DNA of 64,000 nucleotides from Neolecta irregularis DAH-3 (taxonomy: Eukaryota): positions 1-64,000 of the forward strand of contig LXFE01002636.1 in NCBI GenBank assembly GCA_001929475.1, in the 5' to 3' direction. The notes below the pieces were generated by a model. It was not told where the DNA came from. It did no database searches and saw only the letters and a program-made list of their open reading frames with translations. This document shows positions 36,832 through 51,633 of this stretch, in pieces. Positions within the stretch are counted from its first letter, which is position 1. The number at the start of each line of letters is the position of its first letter. The translations under genes were made by a program, and so were the position numbers.

Positions 36832-38027
36832 ATGCCTCAAATATACCAGGCATCTGTAACGGCTCCAGTTAACATTGCGGTATCTTACCATGTAGTCGCT
36901 GCTGATTGCAACAGGTTATCAAATACTGGGGTAAACGTTGCACAAAGCTGAATCTCCCTACAAATTCATCCCTATCCGTTGCCCTTTCCCAAGAGAATTT
37001 ACGGACTCTCACTACCGCTTCATGCTCGGAACAATTCGACAAGGACATTCTCTGGCTGAATGGATCAGAGGAAAATGTTGCTTCAAATAGTAGATTGATC
37101 ATTTGTATTGAAAATCTCAGACTCCTTCGATCTCGAGTCGAAAAAGAAAACCCTGGAAGTCAAACCTTGAGCAAAATGAATCTACATATTGTCTCAGAGA
37201 ACAACTTTCCGACAGCAGCAGGTCTCGCTTCTTCGGCAGCGGGTTTCGCAGCCCTAGTCTACGCCATTGCAAACCTCTACAAACTCCCACAATCGGAAAT
37301 TCAACTCTCTAGAATTGCACGTCAAGGCTCAGGAAGCGCCTGTCGATCCCTGTTTGGCGGCTACACATCTTGGGAAATGGGAAATAATGATGATGGATCA
37401 GATTCACAAGCCCAACAAGTCGCCACGAAATCCCACTGGCCAGATATGAAAGCTGCCATTCTTATAATCTCTGCTGCTAAAAAGGGCGTAAGTTCAACAA
37501 GCGGGATGCAAGCTACCGTTGCTACATCCACCTTATTCACATATCGAGCTCAACATATTGTTCCAATAAGAATGCAGGAGATGAAGAAAGCTATCGCTGC
37601 CCGAGATTTTCAGTCATTTGCAGAATTGACTATAAAAGACTCGAATCAATTTCATGCCGTTTGCTTGGATACTATGCCGCCCATCTTTTATTTGAATGAT
37701 ACTTCGAGATATATTATTCGACTGGCAGAGGAGCTTAATCGTGTTGCGGGGAAATATGTTGCCGCATATACCTTTGATGCTGGTCCCAATGCTGTTTTAT
37801 ATTATCTTTCTGAGAACACACAATTGGTGTTGGGATTGTTTAGGGAATGCTATAGAAAGGCCAAGGGATGGAGCTCGGATGCCAGGCCGTGCGTGCCCGA
37901 GGGGTTTAACTTGGGTCTGATTAAAAATGTTGGTACAGGCGTGTGTCAAGTTATTTTGACAGAAGTTGGGGACGGGCCAAAGGAGACTGACGAGTCGCTT
38001 ATCAATGAAAAAGGATTACCTCGATAA
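36832..38027 (+). CDS. MVD1: Diphosphomevalonate decarboxylase
   Basis: APVNIA|VIKYWGKR, NNFPTAAGLASSAAG, ARQGSGSACRS, AYTFDAGPNAV. Confidence 0.98.
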
Positions 38028-38362
38028 AAACTTTTTGAACTTATCAAACAGTGGCAGCAAAAGGTTTGCCGGCAATACGTATGAGATATCTGCAATATAC
38101 GTTCACAAGTGCAGTTAGAGTACATGAATCTCAGTTTAATGACCATTTCAATGTCATACAGTGTTCTCTATCATGATTTTGCCTTCCACAATGCTTCGAG
38201 TGCTATCGCAAAGCATGAATGGGAACCGCACTCACAACACAAATATTCCTCTAGACCACGTCTGGTCATAAAGACAAGAAGCAAGACAACTTGTTTATGA
38301 ACAGAACTCTACTTTTTATATTTGTACAAACTCCCCATTCTAATCCAAGGAAATGTAACTCT

Positions 38363-41300
38363 TCAGCTAATAAACGATAGTCCTTGGAAATCTTCAAGGT
38401 CCGGCGGTTCCCTCTTCACAGTTTGCACAGAAACATCTCCCGCTTCATCAAACAAAGCAACTTGCCCATCAATAAAAATTTCGTCAATTCCATTCTTCAC
38501 ATCTAAAATCAACATACTAAAACGTAGTTGAATTTCCAAGGCTTGTTCAAACATGCCAAACCGAATTAATGCGGAAAGCAATCTATCAATTTCATCTCTT
38601 GAGGAATTTATGCGTTCGATTAAACGCCTGATTGAATTTATGAGGTAATCTTCTTCGTAAATTGTACCTTTCTTTCCTCGAGCTTTCTTGCGCTCTTCTC
38701 GACGCTTACTTTTACTGCTTTGCTTACGCATAGAGGCAGTAGACCGAGCTGTTCGGCCTGTGTATCTGGTGAATAAGGATGCAGAGGTAGACATGTCAGT
38801 GGGTGCTAGTGAAATGTTGTCCGGCACATCTTCTTCTCCCGTTGTTTCGAAAATGGAATCTGCATACACATCAACTCCAAAAATTCTGACTTGGAAAAAT
38901 AATACCCGGACCGTCGGTTTTTTTCGTTCGAAGGATTCTCAAACGTTGGCTTTGTGCAATATACTGAGCTTGGAAATCGGAGACTAGTTGGCTGATTATC
39001 ACAAACCCTTCAACAACACTAGGTTTCACAGCACTTTGAAGGAGTTCATGACGTCCCTTTGCCGTGACCGCTCTGCAAGCCTCCGCGTACTCATTCCCTT
39101 TACACCATGCTTCAACTGCACCTTCAAGATCATCAAGGTACTCCAATCTAATCGTTGCCGCCGCAGCATACTGACGTTTCTCAATCATCATTGCAGAAAG
39201 TTGACGGGATAAAGTTTGGATGGAATTCGGCGGCGACAAGGGGATTCGAGATGCGATTGAAAGACATTCGCGCCATGATCCAGCTAACGAATAACTTTCA
39301 AGGGCCTTGGAATCCCGACTTATAGATTCATAAGCCAAGCCCGCTTCGTGGTAATTCTTTTGCGAGTGGAGATAAGTAGCATAAAGTTCGAGCATAGACT
39401 ATATTGTCAACAATACGAGTGAAGGGATGATTACAGCATGTTTGGGTTTATCGTGCTTTAGTGATTTGAGAGCATGAAGATAGAGCGTGTGTACATTGGT
39501 ATATATCTTGGCTTCTTCAAAAGTCGTCGGGGTGTCCATGCGGAGGAGATTATCCAAGGCCTTTGAATAACGTTTAAGATGATCGTTGATTGTATATTGT
39601 CGACGTTCCGAGTCCATTGAATGGAGCTGTTGAAGGAATGGCATGAATTCTCTGGGATCCTTGAATAATCAACAACTGACTCCATCCGAGAAGTACCTTT
39701 TGAGAATTATTGGCAATCAACATGGCGAGTTCTAGATCATATAATCCAAGACTGTAATCAAATAGCTTGTTGACATCTGCCAGGAAACATATATGTTCAA
39801 TGGCTCCGTCCACCAGTAATGAACCCTTGGCTAATCGCTCAGTTGACTCTATATACGGAGGCGTACATTTCAATTTACTAATCAGCGCAAGGGCAGCTTC
39901 AAGATCTGCCGGCGTTTTGCTACAATGGGCAGTAGTCATCGACTGCAAGTGCGTATCCATAAACTCACGCTCCAAAACGTCTAAAATGGCATCACATACC
40001 CTTACTGACTTACTCAGACTAGAAAGAGGGATTTGATTGTTCTCGTTGGTAACGTGGGGAGTGTCCTTGTACATTGAAACCGTGACGTCTTCTTCCCTTT
40101 GAGATTAAACTAGGATGAAGGTGAGATCTACTTGAGCATCGATAGGAACAGATCCAAATACTCGACTTTAGAAATCTGAGTAACAAAAAGCGCAATATTA
40201 TTCATAAACTGATCGAATCGATAATCGCACAGGATATTAAAATCAATTCGATGTGTCCGACAGATATCGAATGCCAAGCGGTATTCCAAACTAGCCATGA
40301 ATATTCATTTTATACAGCTGAGAAAAATACTTGTCTATAACAGATCTGACTTTTGCCAGGACTAGAGTTCGCGGAGTGATAGTTTCGAGGTTTCCTCGAG
40401 GCATTTGCAGGACTATAGCGTATTTCGAGGGTAGAACAGAGACGATTCGAGATCCTCTTTCAATTGGTCTAATCCGTTCATCAAAAGAATCAAGGTTGAT
40501 TTCTGGCAGTGGTTGCGACTCTAATCGGTCAACGTGGCCTCGAGCAATGAGAGAGTACCGTCCAGGAGCGCCGACAGGCGAATAAAGCGGATCGTATGTT
40601 GAGTCGCAGTATATACCAAGTACGGTTTGGAGATGACAAATGAAGTACATGAAGATGAGATTTGTCTCTGATTGGCGAAAAGTTTCCCGTTTTCATTGAG
40701 AGCGACAACGAGTATCTGGAGTATGAGTTTTATCGACACGGCTTCCGTATACCTCTCTGTCAATATCAATCGCTTCCAAATGACATGCTTGAAATGGATA
40801 ATTCGTGATTTCTCCACCAGCTTCAAGACCGTTTCGAGAATATCTCAGAGTATGTACGGTGCCATTGTCAGATTGATAAACGACTGTATCGTGGGAGTCT
40901 TGAAGTCTAGTAAGAAATGAGATGCTGGAGACTGCTTTTGATGACAGTTGAGACGATGAATAAAGGATTAATTTGTTTCCCTCGGGTTTGTCCGCTACAA
41001 CGATGAAGAGTTCATCGTCGAGCAAAACAATTTGTCGAGCTACACCATCTATTGATTCCAGTCTAAAGGTCATTAGAATTGCTACTAGTTCTTATCAGTA
41101 CGGAGTCGATGTGAGAACTGAGGGTGATCTCACGGATTTGAGAGCGTTTGTACTCAAACCCTCCCATTCGATAATATCCACGAAATCTTGCCTTAGTGCT
41201 GCAATTCTCAGCGAGTTTGGCGAAACTGAAACGTGTTTTATAGGTGTTTCGAGATTTAAATCTCGAAAAGACATTGGGGGAGGTATATTTACAAGTCGTA

Positions 41301-42661
41301 GTGGAGTTAACTTTAGTATTTCTTGGACTGTCAGACTTGACGACTGAAATAATCATACTCCCATCAACAACTGGAATAAGGCCATAATCGTTTGGTGCGC
41401 TGTTTGACGAGCTGATCGTTGACCACACAAAAGTATGGACCTCCACGAAATCTTGAGATTAGTTAGTGAAGCAAATTATTTTCTACCTCCTTGATGGACT
41501 AACAGTTCAAGAGGCTTCTCCGGATGCCAATGAATAGCTCGAATAGCTCGTATCGGAAAATTACAGTTGTGGCAGATTTCTTGTTTTAGATAGTAATGGT
41601 AATTGCTCATTGTCCACAGTTGCACTTTATCTTTCAGTAACACGGCAAGGATGGTGGAATCAACATTCCACTTTGTCTCGCAGATTTCTTCGTTGGCAGA
41701 AATGACTTGTTCTAAATTGAATTCGCCATGACGAAGACCATTTCTCTCGAAAAACACGGTTTGCAAGGTGCCATTATTTCTTTGTATACTCGCAATAAGA
41801 TTTCCCGAAGGCCTCCAACTGAGTTGCCCTTCCAGTCCGTCGACAGGTTCAGAGATGCTATCGAATACACCCTCTCGACTGTAAACGCGGATAGCTCGTC
41901 TCTTTTCGTCTTCGACTCGGGAAATCGCTACATATGCGCTATCTCCCCGCCAGCTGATTCTGACTTTTCCATCGTCTAGAGGGCTGATGATTCCTTGATC
42001 GAGTTTCTCAGGTAGAGTGGGATCTCGGGGTACTGCTTTAGCTCGTTTCCCGCGAAACTGGGTTTCTGCACGGCCCCAACCGAGGGATACCTGGTTTGAA
42101 TGGAGAGTGATGTCGTCTGCGGAGAGTGGAATATCTGCAATGACATTGAGTGATTTTGTCATGAGAAGAAGCGAAGAGGTTCCTGTTTTATTAATCATTA
42201 TGAAAAAAAATACTTGAAATACCTGTAACGAGACACAAGACTTGCTGATCGGGTGCCCATGAAGCTGCTAAGATGCCACCTTTGATGGTTCCGACTATTT
42301 CAGTTTTTTCATGGTCAACTGTGGGGTCCTCTGGCACAAAGATGATGTCTCCTTTCATCATACAAAGACATATTGTGCCCAGTTCTGAAAGAAGCTGCAT
42401 ATCCACTATTTCATCGATTTCCGAGGTTGGCAAGTCCCAAGAGGCCACAGTCTCGACAAAGGCCGAGCGCTGAGCCCTGTCAGTATGCGACAATGGACAA
42501 TCATTTATTACTCTTCGCTGTATTTCCACAGAGGCAGCTTGGTCTGACGGGCCCAGGGCGACAAGTAATGCATCAGTAGGGTCTACGACGACAAATGACA
42601 GAGGCAGCAAAGAAGATGCATAAGACAGACGCGTGCGCCGCGTGGGAATGAGATTCCGCAT
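38363..42661 (-). CDS. ELP1: Elongator complex subunit 1
   Basis: MRNL start, VSLGWGRAETQFRGK, ISWRGD, FFERNGLRHGEF, LWTMSNYHYYLKQ, LQMPRGNLETITPR, RREERKKARGKKGTIYEEDYL. Confidence 0.96.
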
Positions 42662-42846
42662 GGACTATATCGCCGTCGGAGTTTGAGGGGTGTCGAAGAA
42701 AAAAAAGGCGAGGCCAAAGAGCAGACACGCGTAGTCATTCATGTGTACACAGAGTGAAGTCAGGGCATGGAAGAGTATGTGCAATTGAGTATATGCAGCT
42801 GAAATAGAGTATCTGCGGGATGTATGCACCGTCAAAAACGGCTGTT

Positions 42847-43253
42847 TTAGACGGTAGAAGCGTTTGCCTTGCTGCTGTAGGAGAGTGAGCACGGGTGGCA
42901 GATAAGCACGGGCTACATACCGCTGAAATTTCACCTGCACTGGTTAATACATACAACACACTGGCACAAACCATGACAAACGGAATAGAAAAGCCCGTGC
43001 CTGTGCAGGTGGTGAGCAGATGTTCGCGTAGACGTATACCAAAGAAAAGGGCGAGTTTAATGGCGAGACCAATCTTGTTGTCTGTGCGAAAAGGCAGATT
43101 CCTCGTGGTTAATTTGAGTCTTTGTATTTGTTGAGGGATGTCAAACCTGCGAGGGCCTTCAGGGAAGTGAGCAAGGCGGACAAGGCGCGGATTCAGCAGG
43201 CGGCGTGAAGTTGAGGCACTGACAGAACGCAGAGAGGCGATGAGAGGTAGCAT
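42847..43253 (-). CDS. COX8: Cytochrome c oxidase subunit VIIc (fungal Cox8)
   Basis: Mitochondrial presequence, HFPEGPR|NLPF, FFGTGFSIPFV. The 3' exons are tentative. Confidence 0.8.
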
Positions 43254-43612
43254 CTGGCTGGGATTGTTCTATAGGTGCGGCAGGGCAGCACTGCCGGAAG
43301 CATAATCCTCGTTTTTTTATTCTACACACAGAATACGGTCACAAGTGCTGCACGAGTACTTTTTATGAGCGAATATATTTTGTATGTTGTATGGAGAATT
43401 TGCAATGTTGCACAGTGAGGAACCAAACTCGGCTGTGCAACACACAGAGCCAGCATATTAATCCTCCGACTGCATTGTGCATAAAGTTTCTATCCTATAC
43501 AGGGGGATCTACTCCCAGACACTGCACGAGAATTTTTCAATTTGTGCAATACATCAACGGCATTTTACCTAATTGCAAGAATATTTACACTCATCCAGCA
43601 GACTGAAAATCC

Positions 43613-46600
43613 ATGGACCAGCTGTTTGATGTCTTCACCACCCTGCCCTCTGCTTCTGCTGCTCAGGACAACAGCCAAAGAGACCCAGACTCGGTGCAGT
43701 CAAACAAGGAAAAGAAGAAAAAATCACAGGACAAGAAGGCGAAACAGATCGCCGCCAATCGCCCGCCCAGTTCTACGTCCCTTAACTCTAATGACATCGA
43801 TCCTGCTTCCCAAAAACGCATCCGTCCGCTTGGCTACATTCCTGCAAATAAACGCCAGAGACTGGAAAAATCGCATCCGACTCCTCTTGTTACAGATGCT
43901 TTTGAGACCCATGGTGCTGTGAAAGTCACTGCCTCCTCCGGTCTTCAGGCTCCCTCGGCTTCTGATGGAACTGCTCTTATCCTCAATCACCAGATCAGAC
44001 ATCAGGTCGCTTTGCCGCCTGATTACAATTACGTCTCCATTGCCGCCCATGTTCCTCGCGATCCGCCCACTCGCTCCTACAACTTTACACTCGATCCTTT
44101 CCAGGCCGTCTCAATCGCTTCAATAGAGAGAGAAGAGAGCGTCCTAGTTAGTGCCCATACCAGTGCAGGAAAGACCGCCGTCGCAGAATACGCAATTGCC
44201 CAAAGTTTGAATTTCAAGCAACGAGTCATCTATACCAGCCCAATCAAAGCGTTGAGTAATCAGAAATACCGTGAGTTGTTGGCTGAATTTGGCGACGTCG
44301 GATTGATGACTGGAGATGTTACCCTAAACCCAACAGCCAGCTGTCTCGTCATGACTACCGAAGTAAGCCATTCAACATACCCTGTTTACACATAGATTTT
44401 GCGCTCAATGTTGTACCGCGGTTCCGAAATCATGCGAGAAGTAGCTTGGGTCATCTTTGACGAAATTCATTACATGCGAGATAAAGGTGCAATACACTTG
44501 CATCCTCAGACCCTGACTCTCAGAACGCGGTGTAGTGTGGGAGGAAACAATCATCCTTCTACCCGACAAAGTCCACTACGTTTTCCTCTCAGCTACTATT
44601 CCAAACGCAATGCAATTCGCCGAATGGATTTGCAAGATCCACCAGCAGCCTTGTCATGTCGTTTATACGGATTTCCGTCCTACACCTCTTCAGCACTATC
44701 TCTTTCCTGCTGGAGGCGATGGAATACACCTTGTACTAGACGAAAAAAGTCTATTTCGCCAAGATAACTTCCAAAAGGCAATGGGAACCCTTATCGAAAA
44801 AGCAGGCGACGATCCCGCCTCGGCTATCGGCAAAAAGGGAAAGAAGGGAAAAATCGGCAAGGGAGGCACAAAAGGTCCATCGGATATATACAAAATTGTA
44901 AAAATGATAATGTCCAAGAACCACAGCCCAGTCATCGTCTTTTCTTTCAGCAAACGGGAATGCGAGGCTCTGGCATTGCAAATGAGTAAACTCGAATTCA
45001 ATGACGGCAAGTTGCTCTAATTATGTCAATATGCTGATTTTAGGCGATTCGCAAGAACTAGTCCAAAGTATTTTCAATAGCGCGATTAATTCGCTCGCAG
45101 AGGCAGATCAAGACCTTCCTCAGATTAAGCATATTCTTCCCCTGCTGAAACGAGGTATCGGTATCCATCATTCTGGACTTCTCCCCATCTTGAAAGAAGT
45201 CATCGAGATTCTGTTCCAAGAAGGTCTCATTAAAGTTCTCTTCGCAACGGAGACATTCTCCATTGGTCTAAACATGCCCGCCAAAACCGTAGTTTTCACA
45301 AACGTGCGAAAATGGGATGGAAAGATGTCTCGATGGTTGTCTTCTGGAGAGTATACTCAGCAATCAGGTCGAGCAGGTCGCCGTGGTCTTGATGATCGCG
45401 GTATCGTCATCATGATGGTTGACGAAAAGATGGACCCTGTCGCCGCAAAAACCATGATCACCGGAGAGGCTGATCGTTTGAACTCTGCTTTCCATCTCAG
45501 CTACAACATGATTCTTAATTTAATGAGAGTCGAAGGAATTTCTCCAGAATTTATGCTCGAGCGTTGTTTCTTTCAGTTCCAGAATAACGCCGGTATCCCA
45601 GACCTCGAGAAAGGTTATTTTTCGCCTAGTTCTTTTCTAATATTCCAGAACAAGTGGCTCTTGAAGATGAACTTGCCGCATTTTCGATTGAAGACGAAAT
45701 GACAATTGCGGATTACTACACTTTACGCCAAAATATTGATTCGCTTGCGGCGGATATGCGGGCCGTCATTAACCATCCTAATTTCTCATTGCACTTTATG
45801 CAACCTGGGCGCCTTGTGCATGTGAAACACGAAAAGACAGACTTTGGCTGGGGCGCTGTCGTCAATTACAATAAGCGAACTCCCGGAAAAGTAAGTTTCC
45901 ACTTCGCCGATGTACCACTGAGCCTTTAGGGCCAACGAGAAGAATATCCGCCTTTGCAGTCTTTTATCGTCGATGTATTATTATGGGTAGCCATCGATTC
46001 GCTGTCAGTCAAAGGACGGCAAGATATTACTAATGGAGTTCGACCTCCTTTAGGTGACGAATCTGCGAGGATGGAAATAATTCCTGTGCTACTTTCAGAT
46101 TTAGATGGAATAGGCCATATACGAGTATTCTTGCCAAAGGAATTACGACAGCAGGAACAGAGGATGACTGTTCGCAAATCGATAAAAGAAGTTGAAAAGA
46201 GGTTTCCTGACGGAATCGCGCTGTTGGATCCAATTGAGAACATGAATATTAAAGACGATTCATTTAAAAAGTTGATCAGGGTGAGTTATGTTGACGAAAT
46301 TTATTGTCTAACTCTATCTAGAAGATTGAGATATTAGAATCCAGACTTCTGTCGAACCCTCTGCATGATTCTCCGCGTCTGGAAGAGCTGTATCAGAAAT
46401 ATTCAGGCAAAATAGAGACTCAAGAGAAGCTCAAGACCATCAGGAAAAAGATTGCTGCTGCCCAGGCAGTAATGCAGCTCGATGAGTTAAAATGTAGGAA
46501 ACGAGTACTACGAAGACTTGGATTTACCACGAGCGCCGATGTGATTGAGACAAAAGGGCGAGTTGCCTGTGAAATCAGCACTGGCGACGAACTACTTCTC

Positions 46601-47106
46601 ACTGAACTCATTTTCAATGGTGTTTTCAACGATATGACACCTGAGCAATGCGCAGCATTATTAAGTGTCGTTGTATTTCAAGAAAAAACAGACACAGTAC
46701 CAAAACTGAAAGACGACCTGGCTGGTCCAGTCCGTATTCTACAAGAAACCGCCAGACGTATCGCTAAAGTCTCGCAAGAAAGTAAATTAAACATCATCGA
46801 AGAAGAATACGTCAATAGTTTCAAAACGGGGTTAATAGAAGTTGTTTCCGCCTGGGCCACCGGGTCTACTTTTGCGCAAATATGGTACAATAACCTGGAT
46901 TTTCACACATATTTACAGATCTTAGTAAAATGACGGATGTTTATGAAGGTTCGCTGATTCGTACGTTTCGACGTCTGGAAGAGCTTCTTCGACAAATGTC
47001 AGAAGCTGCAAGGGCGATTGGTAACAAAGATCTGGAAAAGAAGATGCAAGATGCAATTGAAAAGATTCGAAGAGATATCATTTTCAGTGCTAGTCTGTAC
47101 CTTTGA
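43613..47106 (+). CDS. MTR4: Ski2-like RNA helicase Mtr4
   Basis: [53 protein letters not shown]-terminal [11 protein letters not shown]. Confidence 0.97.
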
Positions 47107-47267
47107 GTAAACATTGGGATGTCGTTTTAATGGGGAAATTTTCCGGCTAGAGTAATAGATTACACATACGGGATTCATGTATATTTGCTGCCAGAAGAGT
47201 TTAGCGGGTATTTTGTGAATCAGCAGATTGATACCGGCAAACACTCCAAAAACACCGATATCGGCAA

Positions 47268-49620
47268 ATGACGAGAAAACCACACAGGGACAGCAGTCTT
47301 GCTACGCCTTCTGGATTTGGCCCGCACGATGGACCGTCTACCGGTCTGAGATTCGCACCTCAGGGTCTTTCCAATCTTCAATCATCAACATTGGCAATTA
47401 GTCCGATAACAAGTCATAGTTCTCGCACCCACCGCCGTCCAGACTCTTCCTTCGGTGGATTATCTCATATTGACGTCCATTCTACAACAGACGAGATCCA
47501 AAGTACTCATATCGACCGATTGCGAATGTGGCGACACGATGCCACGATGCAGCACCAATACGAAAGTGCTTCGTTTGTCGGTGAGAATATTCTCGACATG
47601 ACAGGTTTGGATACACCCCGTCGATGAGTGTCTTATACGCGGTCAGTACAGGCGATCCCAATGATACATTTTGGCTGGCTCAGATATATTATGCGAGGAC
47701 CCATTACTCCAGAGCGCATGAACTATTGCAGAAAAACGACTTGTTGGAAACAAGTGCAGCTTGCCGATACCTTGCGGCACTCTGTCTGGTATATTTATCC
47801 AAGAAAGGCATGATCTGGACAGAAATAGGTGAAGCAGTCGAAATGGAGGGAGACGCTGGATCTCTTGGGAGAGCAAAACCCGTTTGGTAGGGGGAGTATG
47901 TTTCTAAACTGTGTAAAATCCTAACTTTTGAGGGGGCCTGAATAAGATTCGGAATCAAGACGGGGGCATTCAAGTATGCTGGTTATGAAGAGCTGGATAT
48001 TTATTATACAGTTGGAAGCCTCCATGTGTTACCTTCGAGGGCTTGTGTTTCTCAACCAGAACAACTTTGATAGGGCAAAGGCCTCTTTCAAAGAGGCACT
48101 TCTCATCGACGTTAAATGTTACGATGCATTTCAGTTATTGGTGAATAATAGTCTCCTCACTGCCGAAGAGGGTATAAATACTTTGCTTTCAGTTTTTAAT
48201 TATTGTAAGAACAAGAGTTTCTCACAAGCTTGGATTTTGGAGAATTACCTGAAGAAGATGGCGATTTCATAAAGTTGTTATATTCAACCAAACTTAACAA
48301 GGTATCATTGTCTATAGTCTCTAGACTAACAACCACAGTACAAGAGTGCAGAACTATTCCAGTCATCATCTCAAAAGCTTAAGGAGAAATACAAGCTTGA
48401 GAAGAATACCGATTTAATGCAAAGTCAAGCAGATCTGCTTTTCGTTCAATGCAAGTTCCAAGCTTGCTACAAAATCACTCAAAAGTATCTTATCTTTTTC
48501 TTGATATTCATAACTTCGATTAGAATCCTGGAGATCGACCAATATAAATTCCATGCTCTACCTCTACATTTAGCTTGTATGCACAGCCTCCGCGAAACTA
48601 ATAAACTCTTTCTTCTTTCTCACGATCTCGCTGATAAATACCCTCACGAGCCAGCAACGTGGCTCGCGGTGGGTACTTATTATCTGAGTATCTCAAAAGT
48701 CGCGGAAGCTCGAAGGTACTTTAGTAAAGCAAGTATGATGGATCCACATTTCGGTCCCGCTTGGATTGGGTTTGCCCATTCTTTTGCATTGGAGGGTGAG
48801 CATGATCAGGCTATATCGGCTTACTCGACCGCCGCGAGACTATTCCAAGGGTTCGTTCTCACTAACCACGCTGATGCCCTGACAACTCGCAGAACACATT
48901 TACCGCCATTATTTCTGGGCATGCAACATTTAGCCTTAAATAACATGGCTCTTGCAGAAGAATATCTTAATACGTCAATGGGACTATGCAATTCGGATCC
49001 TCTTCTATTAAATGAATTGGGCGTGGTTCAGTATCAAAAGCAAGATTACCAGAAAGCTATATATTACTTCCGAGCAGCTTTACGCGTTGCTCTCGCTACG
49101 GGTGACAATTGCAAAGCATGGATCAGAGCGAGAGTCAATTTGGGCCATTCACTGAGGAGAGCAAAGTATATCTTTTGGAAAGCAAAGACCTAATTATTGG
49201 CTATATAAAGAGGCTCTTGCGGAATTTGAGGAAGTGTTAAGGGTGAATCAGAATGACCACGAAACATTTGCGGCCATCGGTTTGGTATTTTTGCATTTAG
49301 GCAAGATTCAAGATGCTATTTTGAATCTTCATGAGGTACTGCGCAGCTATGAATGTTTCTTAATCTGTCAGGCTGCTAGTTTCAATCCAGGTGACCCAGT
49401 GATAATAGATCTACTGCAGCGAGCTCTTGATCGTAATGCTGAAGGTGGATTTATCGACTCAATACCTGAGCCTCCTGAAGTTATGGATGGATCAAGTATC
49501 ATTGCAGAAGATATGGATGAATTTGAAGAACGAAGTGGAAGAAGTATCGAGTGTTTCGATGCTTCTGGGAATGGACTATCGGTTGTTGAAGAAGAGACAA
49601 TGGCTCTTAGTATGGAATAA
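47268..49620 (+). CDS. CDC16: APC/C TPR subunit Cdc16/Cut9 (APC6)
   Basis: LRMWRHDATMQHQY, LEASMCYLRG, DVKCYDAF, ARRYFSKASMMDPHFGPAWIGFAHSFALEGEHDQAISAY. Confidence 0.96.
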
Positions 49621-49648
49621 AAGATTTGCTGCAATTGTGAATATGCAG

Positions 49649-51633
49649 CTACGATAACTCCAACTTTCGATTTCGCAAGTCGCGAATGAGTGCTTTTGCT
49701 TCTTCCAATTCCTGGTCAATCAGCAAATTCCAAAGTACAAAGAGATACCCAGGAGCCTTTGAGTACCTCCAAAGCATGCATCTCTGCTTCTTTAAAATCG
49801 CCTTTAGACAATTCGTACTTTGCCAACCACATTCGAGCCACGGACACATCTTGCGGGAGACTCTCCTCATCCTCGTCTTGAATACAACACTGCTTGTAGC
49901 TTTGGACAGCGGCATCAATATTTCCTTGCAGTTCATATAATCGGGCCAGCTGTTTCAAGACGCCCCTATCAGATCCTGATCCCAGAGCTCTGCGGTAAGC
50001 TTTAATTGATTCATCAGGCCGTTCCAGTTTCTGGTAACAATGTCCCAGAGCCTGCCACATTCTCTGATCAAATGGCCTTGCGGATAAGTTGAATTCAGAA
50101 CTAGAACAAGGTACTTGAGAGCTGTGGCACGTTGGAAATAGTAGAGGGTGTAATATGGCATTTCAAGTATCTCGTAAGCCTGTCCTAAGCCATACCAAGC
50201 TCGATAGTCTTTAGCATTCACATCTAAATTTACTCAGCCAAGAAACAGCACAAGATATGATACCAACTGCCCGCCTATATGCCTCAATTGCAGCGTGTGT
50301 ATTCTTCATTTCGATATACTCGTGGCCCATTAGCGTCCACGCAGAGGTATAATGCCGATTAAGCTTTAACGCTCGCTGGAAATACGTCACTGCCTTCTCA
50401 TGGTCCGAACGCAACGAGTAGTAGTTTCCAATGATACAACAAGTTTCTGAGCGATATTTGTCTGTAGCAAGAGCGATTTGAGCGAGAAAGGCCAACTTAG
50501 GACCTTTTTGCATGACGTAGAGAATGTTGGAAAATATATCCATATCATCTAGACGGTACGGATCTTGTTTGGTCAGTGATTCAAAAAGCGATTCGGCTTC
50601 CTCGAAGTCTCATTGTCAGCTATGTAGGGATCATTAGAGGAACCTCTCGAATTATGTGCTAGCAATGCTTGCTGACTCTGTAGAAACTGACTGTTTGGAA
50701 ATATAGATACAAGTTCTTCGATATATTCCGACACACTATGTGCTGGCTGATGCAATTCTTGGTTTGTATATACCATGAAAAACGATGTCATTATATGAGC
50801 AGGCAGTGACCGCGATAGTGTTTTGAGCTGGATCTTAACAGAATTACGCCCAGTTCCATACTGTTTGAACATCTTTGATACATGTGGCCAGTTCTTGCCA
50901 TGCTCCCCAATTATAGTGATATGAATTAACGGAATCCATGAGAATCTTGGTAGCGTCGTTATAACGCTTTTTCTGTATATAGAGCACACCGAGTCTAAAT
51001 TGTCAGATCTTTCGCCTCGAAGCAACACACACAAGTATAATAAAAAAGAGTCTCGCTCCTGATCTTGCAGCCATTCTTCAATTTCTGTAATGATCCCGGG
51101 AGTCTCGCGATTTACAGGTTGGGCCTCGGTGCCAGGTCCTATCTCGGATATCAATTCGAGTCAATTGAATTGTACTTGCCCAGAATCATGTCGCCTGCTT
51201 CATCACAATGCTTCTCGCCGGCCTAGAGTGAGCCTCAGTTGCTGGATATCGCACCATGTATTTCGAATATAGACGAAGGAATGTTGATTTTGAATCTTTG
51301 CTTTTTGCAAGACAATGAGCTGCACGATCGTATTCTTTGCAGTCAAAATATGCTTTTGCTCGAAGATATTTGTAATTCACCCCTCCTGGGCGAAGTAAAG
51401 GCGAAGCAGGAGCCGAATATATATGCATCGTATCATCCGGTCCCCGCGAAGGAGTCGAGGTGAATTGTGCGTTTGCCAGTTCAAGAGGTTCCATTGAATC
51501 AAGCGTCTCTGCAGCCCTTGAATATCAAATGGATAAAAGTCCGGGAATACCATCTGCAGCTGTATACAAGACCTCGATCCGCACAATCTGCCACGGCTTG
51601 CAATAAAGCAGCCTGAAGGTGATATTTCTGCAT
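49649..51633 (-). CDS. CDC23: APC/C TPR subunit Cdc23/Cut23 (APC8)
   Basis: [69 protein letters not shown]. Confidence 0.96.

Noticed and set aside
43395-43445. U4 snRNA (CAGTGAGG match)
   Set aside because: It lacks the U6-pairing segments and the kink-turn partner strand.
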